Shown: positions 11,992 to 24,973, counted from the first letter of the whole stretch. The stretch: DNA of 63,940 nt, filler included, from Cladosporium halotolerans (GCF_011745625.1; 6 parts of 6 records of this genome joined end to end with filler, not necessarily neighbours in it), one strand, 5' to 3'. Notes: generated by a model not told the origin, from the letters alone. Numbers and translations: made by a program.

Positions 11992-12091
11992 NNNNNNNNN
12001 NNNNNNNNNNNNNNNNNNNNNNNNNNNNNNNNNNNTTAATTAATTAANNNNNNNNNNNNNNNNNNNNNNNNNNNNNNNNNNNNNNNNNNNN
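11992..12091. other. Artificial contig spacer N44-TTAATTAATTAA-N44
   Basis: Exactly 100 nt with a six-frame-stop linker. Confidence 0.97.
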
Positions 12092-12189
12092 CTGGTCTGC
12101 TTATATAATGACTTTGCCGATGTCTGTTTGTCTGATTACGTGATCAGACAGACAGACAGTCTGTCTGTGTCTGTCTGATGAACACCCTG
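12092..12189 (-). mobile_element. hAT-like terminus (98 bp), reverse complement of 47699-47796
   Basis: Ends in the CAGGGTGTTCATCAGAC TIR with CAGA subterminal repeats. Confidence 0.75.
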
Positions 12190-12432
12190 CTCTGGCGTCA
12201 GGATCTTGACTGAGAGTAATCCTGTTGACGTTGAATTTTCTGGCAGCTTTTGAAATACGAGGAACATCTTGGGTACTAAAGAAGACGATTGCTTCATTGA
12301 TAGGTCGCATCTTTGATGAAATGCCCGATGATCAGTAGCAGCGCGTCGCATGCGCGACGCGTGGGAATTGAGTGGAATTATCAGATCTGAGGGCAGCTAA
12401 TGGCTTGCTATTATCCCATTTTTCGCCCAGTG
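12190..12432 (-). mobile_element. 5' relic of a pogo/Tc1 element truncated by the hAT end
   Basis: MRPINEAIVFF...ISKAARKFNVNRITLS is a psq-like HTH (ATG at 12310); TA-CACTGGGCGAAAA TIR-like start near 12432. Confidence 0.5.
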
Positions 12433-14069
12433 TACCCCCTGTGCGTGCCAAAGGACTCGCCTTCTTTGACAACACCATCGCTTCCCCGGCTCCTCTTCAT
12501 TGCGGGACACTCGAGTATGTAAATACTCTTTCAGACATCACTTCAATATCTCATTCCCGCTACAAATGGTAAGGCACATCTACGTACTTCATTGTACCGC
12601 TTCTGAGTAGCTAAGGGAGGGGAAGGGAACTGCTGCAGTAATAGCGAGGGCGCGAGTCGACCCTCAGCCGAGTGACGCAATTTGTACTTTGCTTTTGATT
12701 GGATGGAAGGGCTTTGCGGCAGCTGATTCCGACGCCAGCTGTACTGTCGTCATAGCAGTAGGTTAATTGCAGACCTATAGTGCGCAACACCTGCCGTGTC
12801 TGCCGACTATCTAGTTCTCTACCTCCTGCCTTTTCGGAAATCGCTGGGCCGCTCGACGCCGAGTGTACGTGACATTAATGGCTTGAGAAAGGGATGTGAA
12901 TTTCTGCAAGGGCGATAGCTCTTGGAGAGAGCTCGTTGAGCAAACGCGGAGCTGTTCAAGCCTCATGGTTTTCGGAGACGGATCCTTCGAACCTCCTTCA
13001 TACATGGTTACCGTAAAAGGCGATCCAAATGCCTTCCAAGGTCCGCAGAAAGTCTTGAACAATGAGGGATCAATAGCACAGCATTACAGTATCTGCTAGC
13101 ATAGGTGCTATCCGCGGGGAACATAAGGAGATCAATACCTCTGCTTGCCCTAAAACCCTAAGGTCGCAGGATTTCCGGGCAATCATTCCTCCACTCACGC
13201 GCTGCACGGCACACCGTCTACCCCACCGAATTCCCCGCAGATTTCGCCAAGGTTGTTGCTATGATGACTTCTACGGCCGTCATTAATCAACAAGGCTGCT
13301 ATCGCTCGGACTATGTTCTTGAAGCGCGCCCGGTCCCAACCACTCACGTGGTTTCGCTTGGTCAGCCTGCGTCAGGGTGGCGGACGGTGCTGCTTGTGCA
13401 CGTCGGGCTCCAGAAAGTCTCTGCCCTGCGAAAATTTCTTTCAGCACATCTTTCCCCGCCGCTCGGAGCGCTTGCGTTTTCATCATTGAACTCTTCACAT
13501 GCTCAACGTGCGCCTGGGCGCCAGACTGAAGTGTTGTCACTCTTCTTGGCAGATCAGAAGATCGGATTCACTTCTCACCTAGCTCTATCAACAACGACAT
13601 CAGCAAAGAAGAAAGCCTCCACGTCGTCACAGGACCTTCGTTGATCCCACAACAATTCAAACTTTTCTCCATTGCAAATTAGCATCCGTCAGCGTCACCT
13701 ACAACTGCAACATCCCACCGAGGGCCAGCCTTGTCCAAGAAATTTATCTCAATCCAGCTTGCTAAATCTCACACTTTTACTCTCACGCCTCATCGTCCTT
13801 TTACCCTCGCGACAACACTATAAGCACAGTTTGCCATAACACGACCACATGTCGATTCAGTCTTCGGTACCTCATCGCAACATCGCCTCTTTGTCTGCAC
13901 ATCCACACTGGCGCCACTTCAACAGCTGTCAGTCCGCAGGTATGCTATATGACCATGTTTCCGCGCCGCGCAGTAATGATGCCGGGTGATGTTTGCCACC
14001 ATGCCTATGCGTCATCAGCGCGAAACAGAATCCTGATCTACCTTTCTCCCAGAGACCAACGACGAGACA

Positions 14070-14945
14070 GTGAATCAAGGGGCCATAAGTCGCCAACCGT
14101 ATCTGCAGAATTTTGATCACCGGACCTCACAATCGGATTGGCCCTGCTTCATGGATTTACTTGAAGATGAGGCCTACGCACGACGATTAGATGGCAATTC
14201 TCCCCCCGCACAGGCCGTGGACTATCCCGCAAACTATCACATGGTGATGTCATTGCCAAACGACCTTCATCCATTAGCGTCACAGCATTACCAAACAATG
14301 ACTTTCGCTTTAGGGGTTTCACAGTCACGTCAGCAGCTTTCACAGCCGATGTCGCTGCACCCTCAACCTAGCCATTCCCAGCTCAACATGACTGACTCGA
14401 GGCCCCTTCACATCATGACTAGCGCACCACCAGGCTTGATTCATTTCCAGGAACTAACCCAAGCATGTGGAGGGCCATCATCGGCAAAGACTTCAACCGG
14501 ATGTTGTGACTCTGCTGCACCCAATGGAAAATCTGCTTCCGGTCCAGTTCCCGCAACGACCCCTGTGGTTGTAAAGTCCGATAAAAATGGAGTTGATTGG
14601 ATCGCATTCGAGTATTCTCGAAATGGTGTCAAGATGGAGTACACCATTCGGTGTGACGTTGCATCGGCGAACACTAAGGGACTTTCCCAAGATTTCAGGT
14701 CCGCGAACTGTATCTACCCACGCGCGTGTTGCAGCAAAGACCAATATCAAGGCAAGCGCTTTGCCTACGAGAGCAAGTGCAATGCCCTCGGGTGGGCCCT
14801 GGCATCGCTCAACCCTCCACTCAGAGAGAAGCGTGGGCTTATCCAACGCGCGGTGGACAGCTGGAGAAACAGCAATCAGAATCCAAAACTACGAAGCCGG
14901 CGAGTACGGAAGATAAGTAAAAGCGATACCGGCAAACAACTCTGA
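14070..14945 (+). CDS. Conserved fungal protein of unknown function (low-complexity N-terminus, conserved basic C-terminal domain); 5' exon uncertain, possible ATG at 13849
   Basis: NGVDWIAFEYSRNGVKMEYTIRCDV...CIYPRA...LREKRGLIQRAVDSWRN...LRSRRVR matches a widely conserved ascomycete domain as I recall it. Confidence 0.7.
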   Translation: MNQGAISRQPYLQNFDHRTSQSDWPCFMDLLEDEAYARRLDGNSPPAQAVDYPANYHMVMSLPNDLHPLASQHYQTMTFALGVSQSRQQLSQPMSLHPQPSHSQLNMTDSRPLHIMTSAPPGLIHFQELTQACGGPSSAKTSTGCCDSAAPNGKSASGPVPATTPVVVKSDKNGVDWIAFEYSRNGVKMEYTIRCDVASANTKGLSQDFRSANCIYPRACCSKDQYQGKRFAYESKCNALGWALASLNPPLREKRGLIQRAVDSWRNSNQNPKLRSRRVRKISKSDTGKQL

Positions 14946-15329
14946 TATGGTGTCAACGGGCGGTAAAGGTTGTGATGCGGCTCTTTCCGGATCGCCTGGA
15001 ATCGCAACAAGACACTGTTGCGGGATACGTTGTCCTGACTTTCCGCGGGTAATTCGCCTGTTGCCCTCCAAACCGCCTCTGCGATTCGCTCCTTATCGTT
15101 TGCTTCGTTCTCGCCGTCCTAGGTCGACCAGGGGCTCTCGTATGCATCGCAAAATCTCCTTCCGCTTGCAACCTTCCAAGTATGAGAGCCATCTGTTTCT
15201 GTCTAATTACTTGTCGACCCCTTCCGTCTCGCCTGGTTGGATTACTTCGTCTGGTGTCGTCGTGCTGTGACGCTTGCTCCCATGCTTGTGTTCACACTTT
15301 TTGGCTGGCGTCTGGTCGCATATCACCAG

Positions 15330-18300
15330 AGGTGCGCACAACATGCCAATCCTCGCGATGTTCAATCAACGTAGCTTTTGTATCCAATGTCAATATAGTG
15401 CAGGATAGAGGCAATGCAACAATACAGTTTTTCAACGTTGCATTGAATATCGCAATCATTACACATATTGTAGGTGTAGGATCCCCATCAGGATCCTCGT
15501 GAGAAGCCTCAAAATCCCAACCCTAACCCTATTGGCAAGCGGGCTCAAGGTTCGGAGCGGCCGGTCCGACGTGGCCGGTGCGGAGCAGAGCTCTTCCGGG
15601 TGGGTTGCAGCGAGGACCTTACTGCTTTCGGATGCCTCCGCTAACCTTTTAGAGAAACACCTTTTTCGACTTTGCATATGCAATATTACCAACCACGCCG
15701 TCAACAGCCAAACATGGCTCAAACCATTGCATTCTACCTACCCTCTGTGCCTCCTACCTCCGCTCTCGAAGCCCCGACCGATATACAGCGCGCCAGCGAC
15801 TTCCTAAGCCACAGAAGCAACCGATTGCTGCTAGATGGGGTAGATCCTGAACAACCTACGCTTGATCTCGCACGATTACAAGGTTACGAACGCCACAACA
15901 GCAAAAGAGGCAGTGCACCTTTGTATGGTCCTTTGGCTGGAAGCTACGGAATATGCAAAAGAGCACAGATTATTGGCTTTGCTGTGTATACCATACAGGA
16001 CCTCGGAAGCCGCGCGAGCCAAATGGTCACATATTTCAGTGTTCCGGCAACACCACCTCTGCAATACAGCACCTATTCAAGCATCATGGAATCTCAGAAG
16101 GAGGCGACGTGCCTTTAGAGCCAATAGAATCGTCAAGCCAACCCCAATCGAAGAATACGGCGGCGTCAACGCCGTCAGCAGCACAACCGCGGTATCCGAC
16201 TCCTTCGACTTTGGAGCGTTCAAAGGGCTCCTACTGCCTTTATCCACAACCAAGGCCATTGCCCTCAACAAGACCGAAGCCCCTGCCTTCAAGGCCTTGT
16301 TGACACGTCTACGACCTCAATCGCAAGCCTCAATACCGTCTAGAAGGAGCCCACGGCGCTGTATTGTAGCTGCGTACGACCATGCGCTCTTTACCGTCGA
16401 ATCCGAGCTTCAACAGGCTACCGCGTGCGTTAGTTTATCTTTCGATCTATGGACGTCCCCTGGCCGCAGATTGGCGCTTTGAGCGTTATTGCACATTGAG
16501 ATAATGCGCAATACAAGCCTCAAGCAATCCTATTGGTATTGCCACGGATATTCGCAGCCATACAGCTGTCAATCTGGCTACAACGCTTGTAGGCATCCTC
16601 AATCACTTTGAGCTTCGACAACACTTCGGCCACGCTATTACCGACAACGCCTCTGAGAACACAGCATTCATGCGCCTTCTACCTCAGGAGCTCGATAAAG
16701 ATGCGGGCAAGCGCTGCGTTTTCTGTATGGGCCATATAATCAATCTAGTGGCTTACCAGCTCCTATTTGGCGAGGATGTTGAATCTTTCGAAGAAGCGCT
16801 TGGGAACGTCACCCCTGAGGAGGTTGTTCTGCGGAGCTGGCACAAGAAGGCACCTATTGGGAAGCTACACGAGCTGATTAGAAACATACTGCATTCAACG
16901 CAGCGCAGAGATGTATTCCTTGGCTTGCAACGGAGCCATCCGTATGGGATTGATCCTCAGCTGGGTGATTCAGCTGCCTCTGAGGCTCCATCTGAGGCTT
17001 TTCAGGAGCTGATTCGCGATAACCTCACACGATGGAATAGCTGGTATGACGCTGCATCAGGGGCATTGAGGCTTCGCAGTGCCACTGGTTACTTCTGCGA
17101 CTGTGCTCTGGATGACTCATGATTACAGCGTCGCTTTCGCGAACTATCAACGCAAGGGTCTATAATTACGATCGCAACCGCGCATTGCCCCCAAAACGCC
17201 CTCACTTCTGGAAGATCGGCTGACCCACAACGATTGGCATATAATTATCGTATACGTTGATCTATTGAGGCCATGTAAGCATGCCACAATGAAGCTACGG
17301 GGTCAGGTCACTCCAACAATGAAGAATAACTATGCTGCAAAGGGGGCTTTATGGCAGGTACTTCCTATCTTGAAGGGATTTGAGGAAAGCCGTCAGCGGC
17401 ACCTGCCGAGTGAAAGCCAGCTGAACGAATCGCAGACCTTTCAAACCACGCCATCACCATTGAGCCCACGACGCACACGCACGCGGAGCTCACAAAATCA
17501 ACCGAGGGCTACAGGCGCATCCAAAAGTTACATCAGTCGGAGGGGAGATACAGCTCAGGTGCAGGGGTCGGATTGTCGAGCTGCTAAACCCCTGCTCGAG
17601 CTTGAACATCACTTCACCGCCAACGTCAATCGCGCATGGCAGAAGCTCGACTATTACTAACAAAAGACCGACGACACACCTATCCATCACGCCGTCGTCC
17701 TCCTACACTCCGCATGAAGTGGCAGTGATTTGAGAGAGCTGTTGAGTGAAAATAAGGATAACCCGGCATATAGAGCTACAACTGCTGCATCTGCGTCCTT
17801 AGTACAGCCTGAAGCATGTCCTCGGCTGCTCCGGAGCCGCTTGATCAATTACAACTGTATATACGTGAAAATCACCCAGCTACAATGACCTCGACCGACT
17901 CGCCAAACCTCTATTGGATCAGCGTGATCCCTATCTGGCCGCAGCTCGCGCAGATGGCTCTCGATACGTACAGTACGCCGAATATAAGTGACGAGGCGGA
18001 GCGTGTATTCAGCATAACCAGCAAATCCTCACTCCACGTAGAAGGACCCTTCAGAGTGATGCCATGCAGCAGATATTGTGTTTGAGGAGCTGGCAGGGCA
18101 GCGGCATTATTGCGCTCGGTCAACAGCAGCTACAGCAAGCCGTCGCAGCCGTGGAGGCTGTCTCAATCAACGAGGACCTTGCCTACAGTGACTACAACGA
18201 CCTCACAACGCCTGACCCCCAGGACAATGCTCTAACCATGAATAACACTAGGTGTCACTGTATAGATTACAAAACCGAGAGGGAGTAGCCGTTGAGGTCC

Positions 18301-18455
18301 TACAACAAAACCTCCGCGGCTATACCAAAGGCTTAGCATTACATGGATCCCAGGCCTACCATACCAATCCTTGCACTGTTCGATCAATGCAACCACTAAA
18401 TCCAATGTCAATTCAATGAAGCTCCATCAAATGCAATTCAATGTTGGGGGTCCTC
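15330..18455 (+). mobile_element. Degenerate hAT transposon (frameshifted transposase); ends approximate
   Basis: Fragments WLCCVYH...HLFKHH (BED), LSFDLWTS, ITDNASEN, CMGHIINLVA, LIRDNLTRWNSWY, WPQLAQMALD...EAERVFS in several frames; CAATG subterminal repeats at both ends. Confidence 0.85.
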
Positions 18456-18459
18456 AATG

Positions 18460-18850
18460 ATTGCAGGATTGCATTCTGCCCATCTCTGAATTCAGCGAAA
18501 CAGCTTCCTGCGCGTCCAGTGGCCATCTCGCCTTTGCAAGGGCATACGCTGTGTCGATCGCATCTTTCGCAGCATTACATGCCGGCCGACATCTCCAAAG
18601 TTTTTCGAACCAAGCCATCTTCAAGTGAGGATGAACGACTATTGCCATTCTGTATGCGAAGGTGTCATCCAATAAACCATAGTATCTGTCGAGCTTCTTC
18701 CACCGCAGGTTGACACATGATTTGCAGTGACTTCTGGGTTCGTACCCGTAGCTTTCCTTGAGCTGCTTGAACTTATCAAGTGGGCTATCAAATATCGCCA
18801 GCTGCTCCCAGATTGCGTGCTTTGTTTCATCATCTTCCTGTGCGGGCACA
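18460..18850 (-). mobile_element. hAT transposase fragment
   Basis: VNLRWKKLDRYYGLLDDTFAYRMAIVVHPHLKMAWFEKLW is a typical hAT insertion-domain segment. Confidence 0.7.
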
Positions 18851-19588
18851 TAAAGAGAATTGAGGGGTCAATACGTATAGGGGAAGGAAGAGGAACATGT
18901 GGAAATGTCACGTAGAAGTGTTGGTTCTCGAAATGCAACTCGCAGCCTGAGCAGTATTTTGAAGCCGTAATAGAACATCTTTCGTTGTTCAAAGAACGGG
19001 ACCCCGATTCGTTCTGCTATACTACTCAGGATGGCTACTAGCTGCCGGAAAGTTATTAGAGGCTTCTTGAGGAACTAGCTGTTTTATCCCACGGTCTCGC
19101 AGCTGCCTGTTCGCAGTCTTAGATTCAAAGTCGATCCTCTTTGAGCCGTCAAAAAGACACCTCTACAGTGTTTGTTCGAAGCCGGCTCCCCCATTGCAAG
19201 TACAGCTCGAAGAGGCCGCTTCCTCGCAGCTGAACAACTCACAAATCGTAAGGAACCCGGTCTCGAGCATTGATCTAGCTTCATCGCCGATGTTCGCCAA
19301 AGGGCTGGCCAGCGGCTCAGAGATAGTGCCATAGAACGCCAATGCTTGGAGGTTGAAACTCGGTTTTGGCCTGATGCATTTTCGTTCCCTCTCCCCTCAG
19401 CATAAAGAACAAAGATTCAACGATTTTTCTGTTTTCTATATTATTCAGTGATGTTTCTGCGTCAAATGAAAAAGACTCGCAATGATGCTGTCCGGATGGT
19501 TGTTTCTGTGTGGCAATGACTTCCCTAACAAAGTAAAACAAGGATTTTCCGAGAGGCTTCTTTACATCGCTCAGCGGCCACCGGAGAT

Positions 19589-20940
19589 TTAAGTGTCCAT
19601 CTTACCGAACATGCCCTCGTCTTCCTCCTCATGGTCGTGGTGACGCAAAGCGTGCGCATCCTCGTCCCACAGAGGTTCTATGTCCACGTCGTCCTGCTGG
19701 CCGCGGTAAGGCTCTCTGGACGCCGGGCTGGGAGCCGAGCCTCCCTGGTATATCGCGGGCAGCGGCTGGACGAACGGAATATCAGCAGGCATTGCTGTAG
19801 GGCCGCTCTTGGGCGTGCCATAAGAACAGCTGAGCAGAGCGACGGCCGCCGCTAAATCGGTGGCGTCTTCCTCGGAGTAAGCCTCCGCAGCGTTGGCGGG
19901 CCGGACGCTTGAGGAGCTCTGCCGTCGATACCGGCTGGAGAAGCCTGAAGCGCAGGATGAGGGCTCGGAGAAGGTGGACTGGAAGTAGGGGGAGTAGGCG
20001 CGGCTAGTATTCCTGTAGCGCTTGATGTTCGGGTCGCTGTAGGCATGTTTGCTTTGCGAAGTCGGCGCCGTCTCGACTGAGCTGAGGCCATAGTCGGGCA
20101 GATCTTCGTCGCGTACATCAGACAATCTGGAGGCGGCAGGGGAGGGCAAGTCGCTGCCGTCGGAACCTGTCTCGCATTGGTTCATTGATATCAAAACGGA
20201 TGCAGCTTCAAGTAGCTCCACCTGCTGGTGCTTGGAGATCTGCAGCTTCGAGGTGTACTGCCACTGTGGCGTGTGTTCCCAACTGCACACCGATCGTCAG
20301 CCCTGGTCCATGCTCGTGGGGATGCGCATAATGTACAGATGCTTGGTCAAACAACTGCCGTTTTTATATGCCTTGCCACAATGCTCGCAATCCAGCTCGC
20401 CCTTCGCCGGCTTCTCTTTCTTCGTTAGACCAGTGCCATCACTGGCGCTCCGTTTAACCATTGTAGGGGTGGAAGACGAGGACTGGCCTTGCGCAAGGGA
20501 GCTATCGTGGCTGCCCGCTCGGTTAGGCACCGAGGCGCGGTGTGTCGGCAGGCTGCTGGGCATCGCAGGGTGCGAGTCCTCGTCCAGCGAGCTCACGGCA
20601 GCGTTTGACAGCGAGTCAGGACTGTGGATAATGGCGACCGACCCGTCCTCAACGCCATCCTTTACGGTGGCCTCAATAGCAGCAGCGTTGCTTGGTGCAG
20701 AATATGAGCTCGTTCTCCGGCTGATGCGGCCATTGACCGAGGCGCCCAGGGAAATGAAATGTGTGCGTTTATATGATTGATAGGTGGGGAGACTGTTTGC
20801 GCTCGAAATGACTGATGGACGAGGCTGCCTGGTCTCTCGCGAAATGTCCTGTATGAGGCTGCGATTAGAAATGCAGGAACAAGGGGAGACATGTCCGAAC
20901 TTCGGGTGGAATCGGAGAGGCGTACCTTGTGTCCACTCAT
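19589..20940 (-). CDS. C2H2 zinc-finger protein (conserved ascomycete family); intron 20283-20336; start uncertain
   Basis: Splicing gives CEHCGKAYKNGSCLTKHLWEHTPQWQYTSKLQISKHQQVELLEAASVL, then DLAAAVALLSCSYGTP and a C-terminal EEDEGMFGKMD. Confidence 0.8.
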
Positions 20941-23799
20941 GGCGATTATTTGAGGTAGTTCCTTTCGTCAATGGGCGGAGAGCTTGATCGCCCGCTGATA
21001 TTTGCAATACTTCTTTGTTGAGGTGCTAAAATGTCTGGAATTTCTTACCATAGGCCCTCCAGACGCTTGCACAGCCTCGAATGTAGCCGAGATTGCTTCG
21101 TCGGCCAGTCAGCGGACGGGGAGAGACACGGGCAAGTCGGTCGTGTGTTGATTAGTTACGGTATTGAGGGTATGTATTTAGATGTGTAGGTGACTATATG
21201 ATGGCGAACGCGAATCAGCGGGTATAAGAGCATCAATCGCGAGCGCAGAAATAACGACAGATGCCAGCCGAGTCCAGAAAGGATTGACGGCGGACATCTT
21301 CGATGCCGCTAGGACCCCACGCCAAGACATCAACGGGACGTGCATTCCCTCCCCGCAGCTGTAATGACAGCTGCGGAGGGTGGATGATGTGCGATTGGAC
21401 GAGAAACACACGCGGACCTTTCTTGTCGGAGAGCTCGCAGACACGTCATGGATAATGGACTTACCAAAGACTAGAATATCAAGGTTTCATCAGCGTCATG
21501 CGAGGCAGGGTTGCTGGTCGAGCGGTTGCATCATCTTCTCATATTCAGCTCAAGTTGCGCTTGCTCATCGCTTCTCGACGCTGCCCCCTCCACCCGCGCG
21601 CTGGGACACGCGCCGTCTTTTGGCCGGATACGCCAGATGGTGTTCGCTAACATGCCGACACAAAATATTGCGCGCATGAGCGATGGCCCGCCGCGCGCCG
21701 CGCGCAACATCACGCGACTGCTGGCTTGCCTGCTGTTAGATTGGCCGACTTCTCCGTCGATCAGCCCACTGCACCAGCGTCTCGCTTTGACGGAATGTGT
21801 CCCGCTCCTGCACGGCCTTTCTCGTTGCGAACCGTTTGACAGCGTGCATGGGAAAGATTCCACAAGAGGACATCCGACGGGATACTCTGCCTCATTCTCC
21901 GCCTGTTCTGTTCTCCAGACCCCAATCGGAGATCGACACTCGGACCAGCCAAGGCGCGCCTTCTCTGCATCGCGAAAGGTCTGAGCTGCTGGCGAACTCC
22001 GCTCGTGCCTGGACCCGCGCTAGCCTTCGCTCAATAGAAATCCTTCCTATGAACAGTGCCTGGCCAGCAAAAGCAGTAGAATAATCTCGCAGTGAGTCTT
22101 CGCGTGACACCATGTTTCTGGCTTTCGATCACCCGAGCCCGCAGCGCGCGCAATGCGCGCATGGACCAGCCCAACGAACAGTTCGCAAGCCACCCCCTCC
22201 CTTTGCGACACCATCAGCATGTGATCGGATATTTCACGGCGAAGCGCCTCATCGTTGAGGAGACCAAGGCGTCGGCATCTGAGCCGTTCGCTTCGACACT
22301 TGTGGGTGCTATCCATGAAGAGTACAGATTCACCGGAAAACTCTTCCATTGTAGGGTGACCAAGTTCATGCCAAGACTTGAATATGTTCGCAGACAGTCT
22401 GCCGGCGAGGAGACATGTGTCTGTTCTGTTCAAGTAACTGCCAGACTCTTTGTATTTTTTTCCTGATTGTGGGATCCGGCAGACGAACTGTCTGTGATTG
22501 TCTGTGTCTGTCCTGGTATTCAAGATCATTTGAGAGATGCAAAGTCCGGATATTTCGATAGACTGGACCTAGACAGACACCAAAATGAGTGTAAATGACG
22601 TCACCAGCACTTCCCATCCCTGGGCGGACGTTGGTTCAGACACATCTTACCTTGTGCGAGCACCACGCCAAACCTAGCGATCGACATCTCCACGACCAGA
22701 CACATAATGTTGCCGACAATCACCGAGAATCTCGATGAGGATTGATCCTCAAGCGATGCATCGGTCGATGAGCAAAAATGATGCCTCCTCTGCCCCAAAC
22801 ATAAGCTCTGATGAAGAGGGTCCGTGACCGTAAACACACAACGAATCGGGCTGTCGCGGTGATAGAAGCACAGAGCCTGGTAGTCACCACGTTTCCGATT
22901 CGCGCGGGTCGCTTGGATGACATGCGATGTGACGAGCGATGACGACACATATTGGATCTTCCATTCTATCAACTCGTGTCGTATCGCACCTGTGGGGAAC
23001 AAGAAGGTCGGTCGTACGTGGCAAGGAATCTGTGCTCTTTACACACATCAATCCGAGCACCCATTATGACGGCACAAACCGGCAGCGCAATGCCTGCGCA
23101 TTGTGTCGTAGACTTTTGTGTTGTACCCGTACGTTTTCCAACCACCAACGCCGGTAATCTGGTCCTCCCCATCCTAAAAATCACATATTGCAGATCGGCA
23201 CGGCTTCGCCTTCGACATCCTCTTATATCGTCAAGGTCGAGCAGTTGCTACGGCAAAGCGGCTTGAGCTTCACCGTCAACGATTCGGGCACGAGCATCAG
23301 TATGATCCTATTCGTAGAGCAGTTTCCGCATGGTCTAAGATAATTCCAGAGGGGCAGTGGGTAGAGGTGATGAACATCATCGGTCAAGCGCACAGCTTGA
23401 TCCATGATGCCGGAGTGCAAAAGGTGCACACGGATGTGCGAATAGAGACGCGGTAAGTGTTCCGTCACCCGAGAAGCACGTTGCTCATCTTGTGTTTAAG
23501 CAATGACTGATGAGCGGGTGCCAGGACTGATAAGTAGTAAAGACTGGGCGTAAGGATGTTCAAGTGAGTGATGGAATGGACAACGGATGCGCAGTAGGTG
23601 AAAGGGAAGCAAAGCGGACACATTCTCTGTTAGTCCCTCGCTATTGAATATCGGTTTCTGGATGGATTTGTCACCTATCCGGGATTAAGACTTCACAGCT
23701 TCATCTGCTGCGGATTGGAAAGCTGGGGTAGTGAGTTGGTCAAATGGAAATTCCCTCTGTTAATCGAGTCTACCTTTTCAACCTACGCGCCACATGTGC

Positions 23800-24058
23800 G
23801 GATGGTCGTCAGCATGTTGGGCGTCGCTTTCTCTGAAGCTCTTGCTGCTTCTGGGCTTTCACAGCGGCTCGCTCCTGAGCTCTGATCTCTTTGTTCTCTT
23901 TCTCTTGCACCTTCTCTCGCTCCCTTCGCTCTTGAAGTTCAAAGGCTGCTTTGACCTTACCAGGGCTGAAAAGAATTGCTCCAGAGCCCTCGTCGGCCCG
24001 AAACTGTTCCATCAACTTTTTGCCGCGCTTCCTCTTCTTCTTCTCGTGCCTGAGAGCC
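23800..24058 (-). mobile_element. pogo transposase C-terminal fragment at the contig end
   Basis: EQFRADEGSGAILFSPGKVK...REREK resembles the tail of the 49034-50914 transposase (ELRASGSSETLFMSPSKIQ). Confidence 0.6.
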
Positions 24059-24158
24059 NNNNNNNNNNNNNNNNNNNNNNNNNNNNNNNNNNNNNNNNNN
24101 NNTTAATTAATTAANNNNNNNNNNNNNNNNNNNNNNNNNNNNNNNNNNNNNNNNNNNN
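24059..24158. other. Artificial contig spacer
   Basis: N44-TTAATTAATTAA-N44. Confidence 0.97.
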
Positions 24159-24420
24159 AATAGATACTAGGAGCTATATACTATCGAATAAAGCTTTAAA
24201 ATTAATAATAAAATAACTTTGTTTTTCTAAATCTATACCCATACTTCCTTATATATACCCTAAACCCTAAGTTCAGTGCTCGTTCATTGCCCACCCTGAC
24301 CTGAACGGTTAGATAACCTTACCTTTCCCCGTAATGCCCGAACGGACAAACCTTTCACCTGTCTATCACGAACTTCTACTATCCCTAACCCTGTCGCGTT
24401 CCTTCTCAAAACCCTACATT

Positions 24421-24620
24421 TGCCTCGCGGCACGGCTGACACCTTCGGGTCACGGGGACACCATTCTTCCCCTACCCACCACCCCCTATCAAACCTCTCT
24501 TCCACTCTTTTCTCGTCTTTCCTACGCCTTCGGCGATTGTGACAACTACGTAGTGCATACTTGCCTCGCGGCGCGGCTGACTCCTTCGGGGCACAGCGCC
24601 ACCATTCTTCCCCACCCACC
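24421..24620. repeat. Two ~60-bp direct repeats (24421-24480, 24562-24620), each with two small hairpins
   Basis: TGCCTCGCGGC.CGGCTGAC.CCTTCGGG.CAC...CACCATTCTTCCCC; the copies differ by 6 substitutions and 1 indel. Confidence 0.85.
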
Positions 24621-24973
24621 ACCTGTAATCATCGTGTCTGATTCATCGCCATACCATCGTTTGTATAGAAGTTGTCATCCTCTCGACCAACGACTTCAAC
24701 TCCTACTTGCTTTGCGAATTCCCCTCTCATACTTCGGGTCTTGCATCGCTTCTTGCGTCTCATCAAACCATCGCAAAATCGTGCAAACATACTGTTTAAC
24801 TGAAAGTAATGCGATAAAAATTGTCGTGCCAATTTTCTCGTTATACGATCGTTTGTTCGGGTCCTGTGATTTTTCCACAAATCCGGCGTCGGATTTTACA
24901 CTTGTAGTAGCGCGCAGCTACTGCTCTTTCCCACCTCATCAACACGTTTCGCCGGTCTGCTCTCTCACTTCGA

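Noticed and set aside
12036..12047. TTAATTAATTAA recurring about every 12 kb
   Set aside because: Assembly linker within N runs, not biological periodicity.
13148..13161. CCCTAAAACCCTAA telomere-like motif on contig 2
   Set aside because: Only two imperfect units with no supporting context.
21500..23500. Several minus-strand ORF fragments that may be a decayed gene
   Set aside because: No motif that I can assign; needs TBLASTN.
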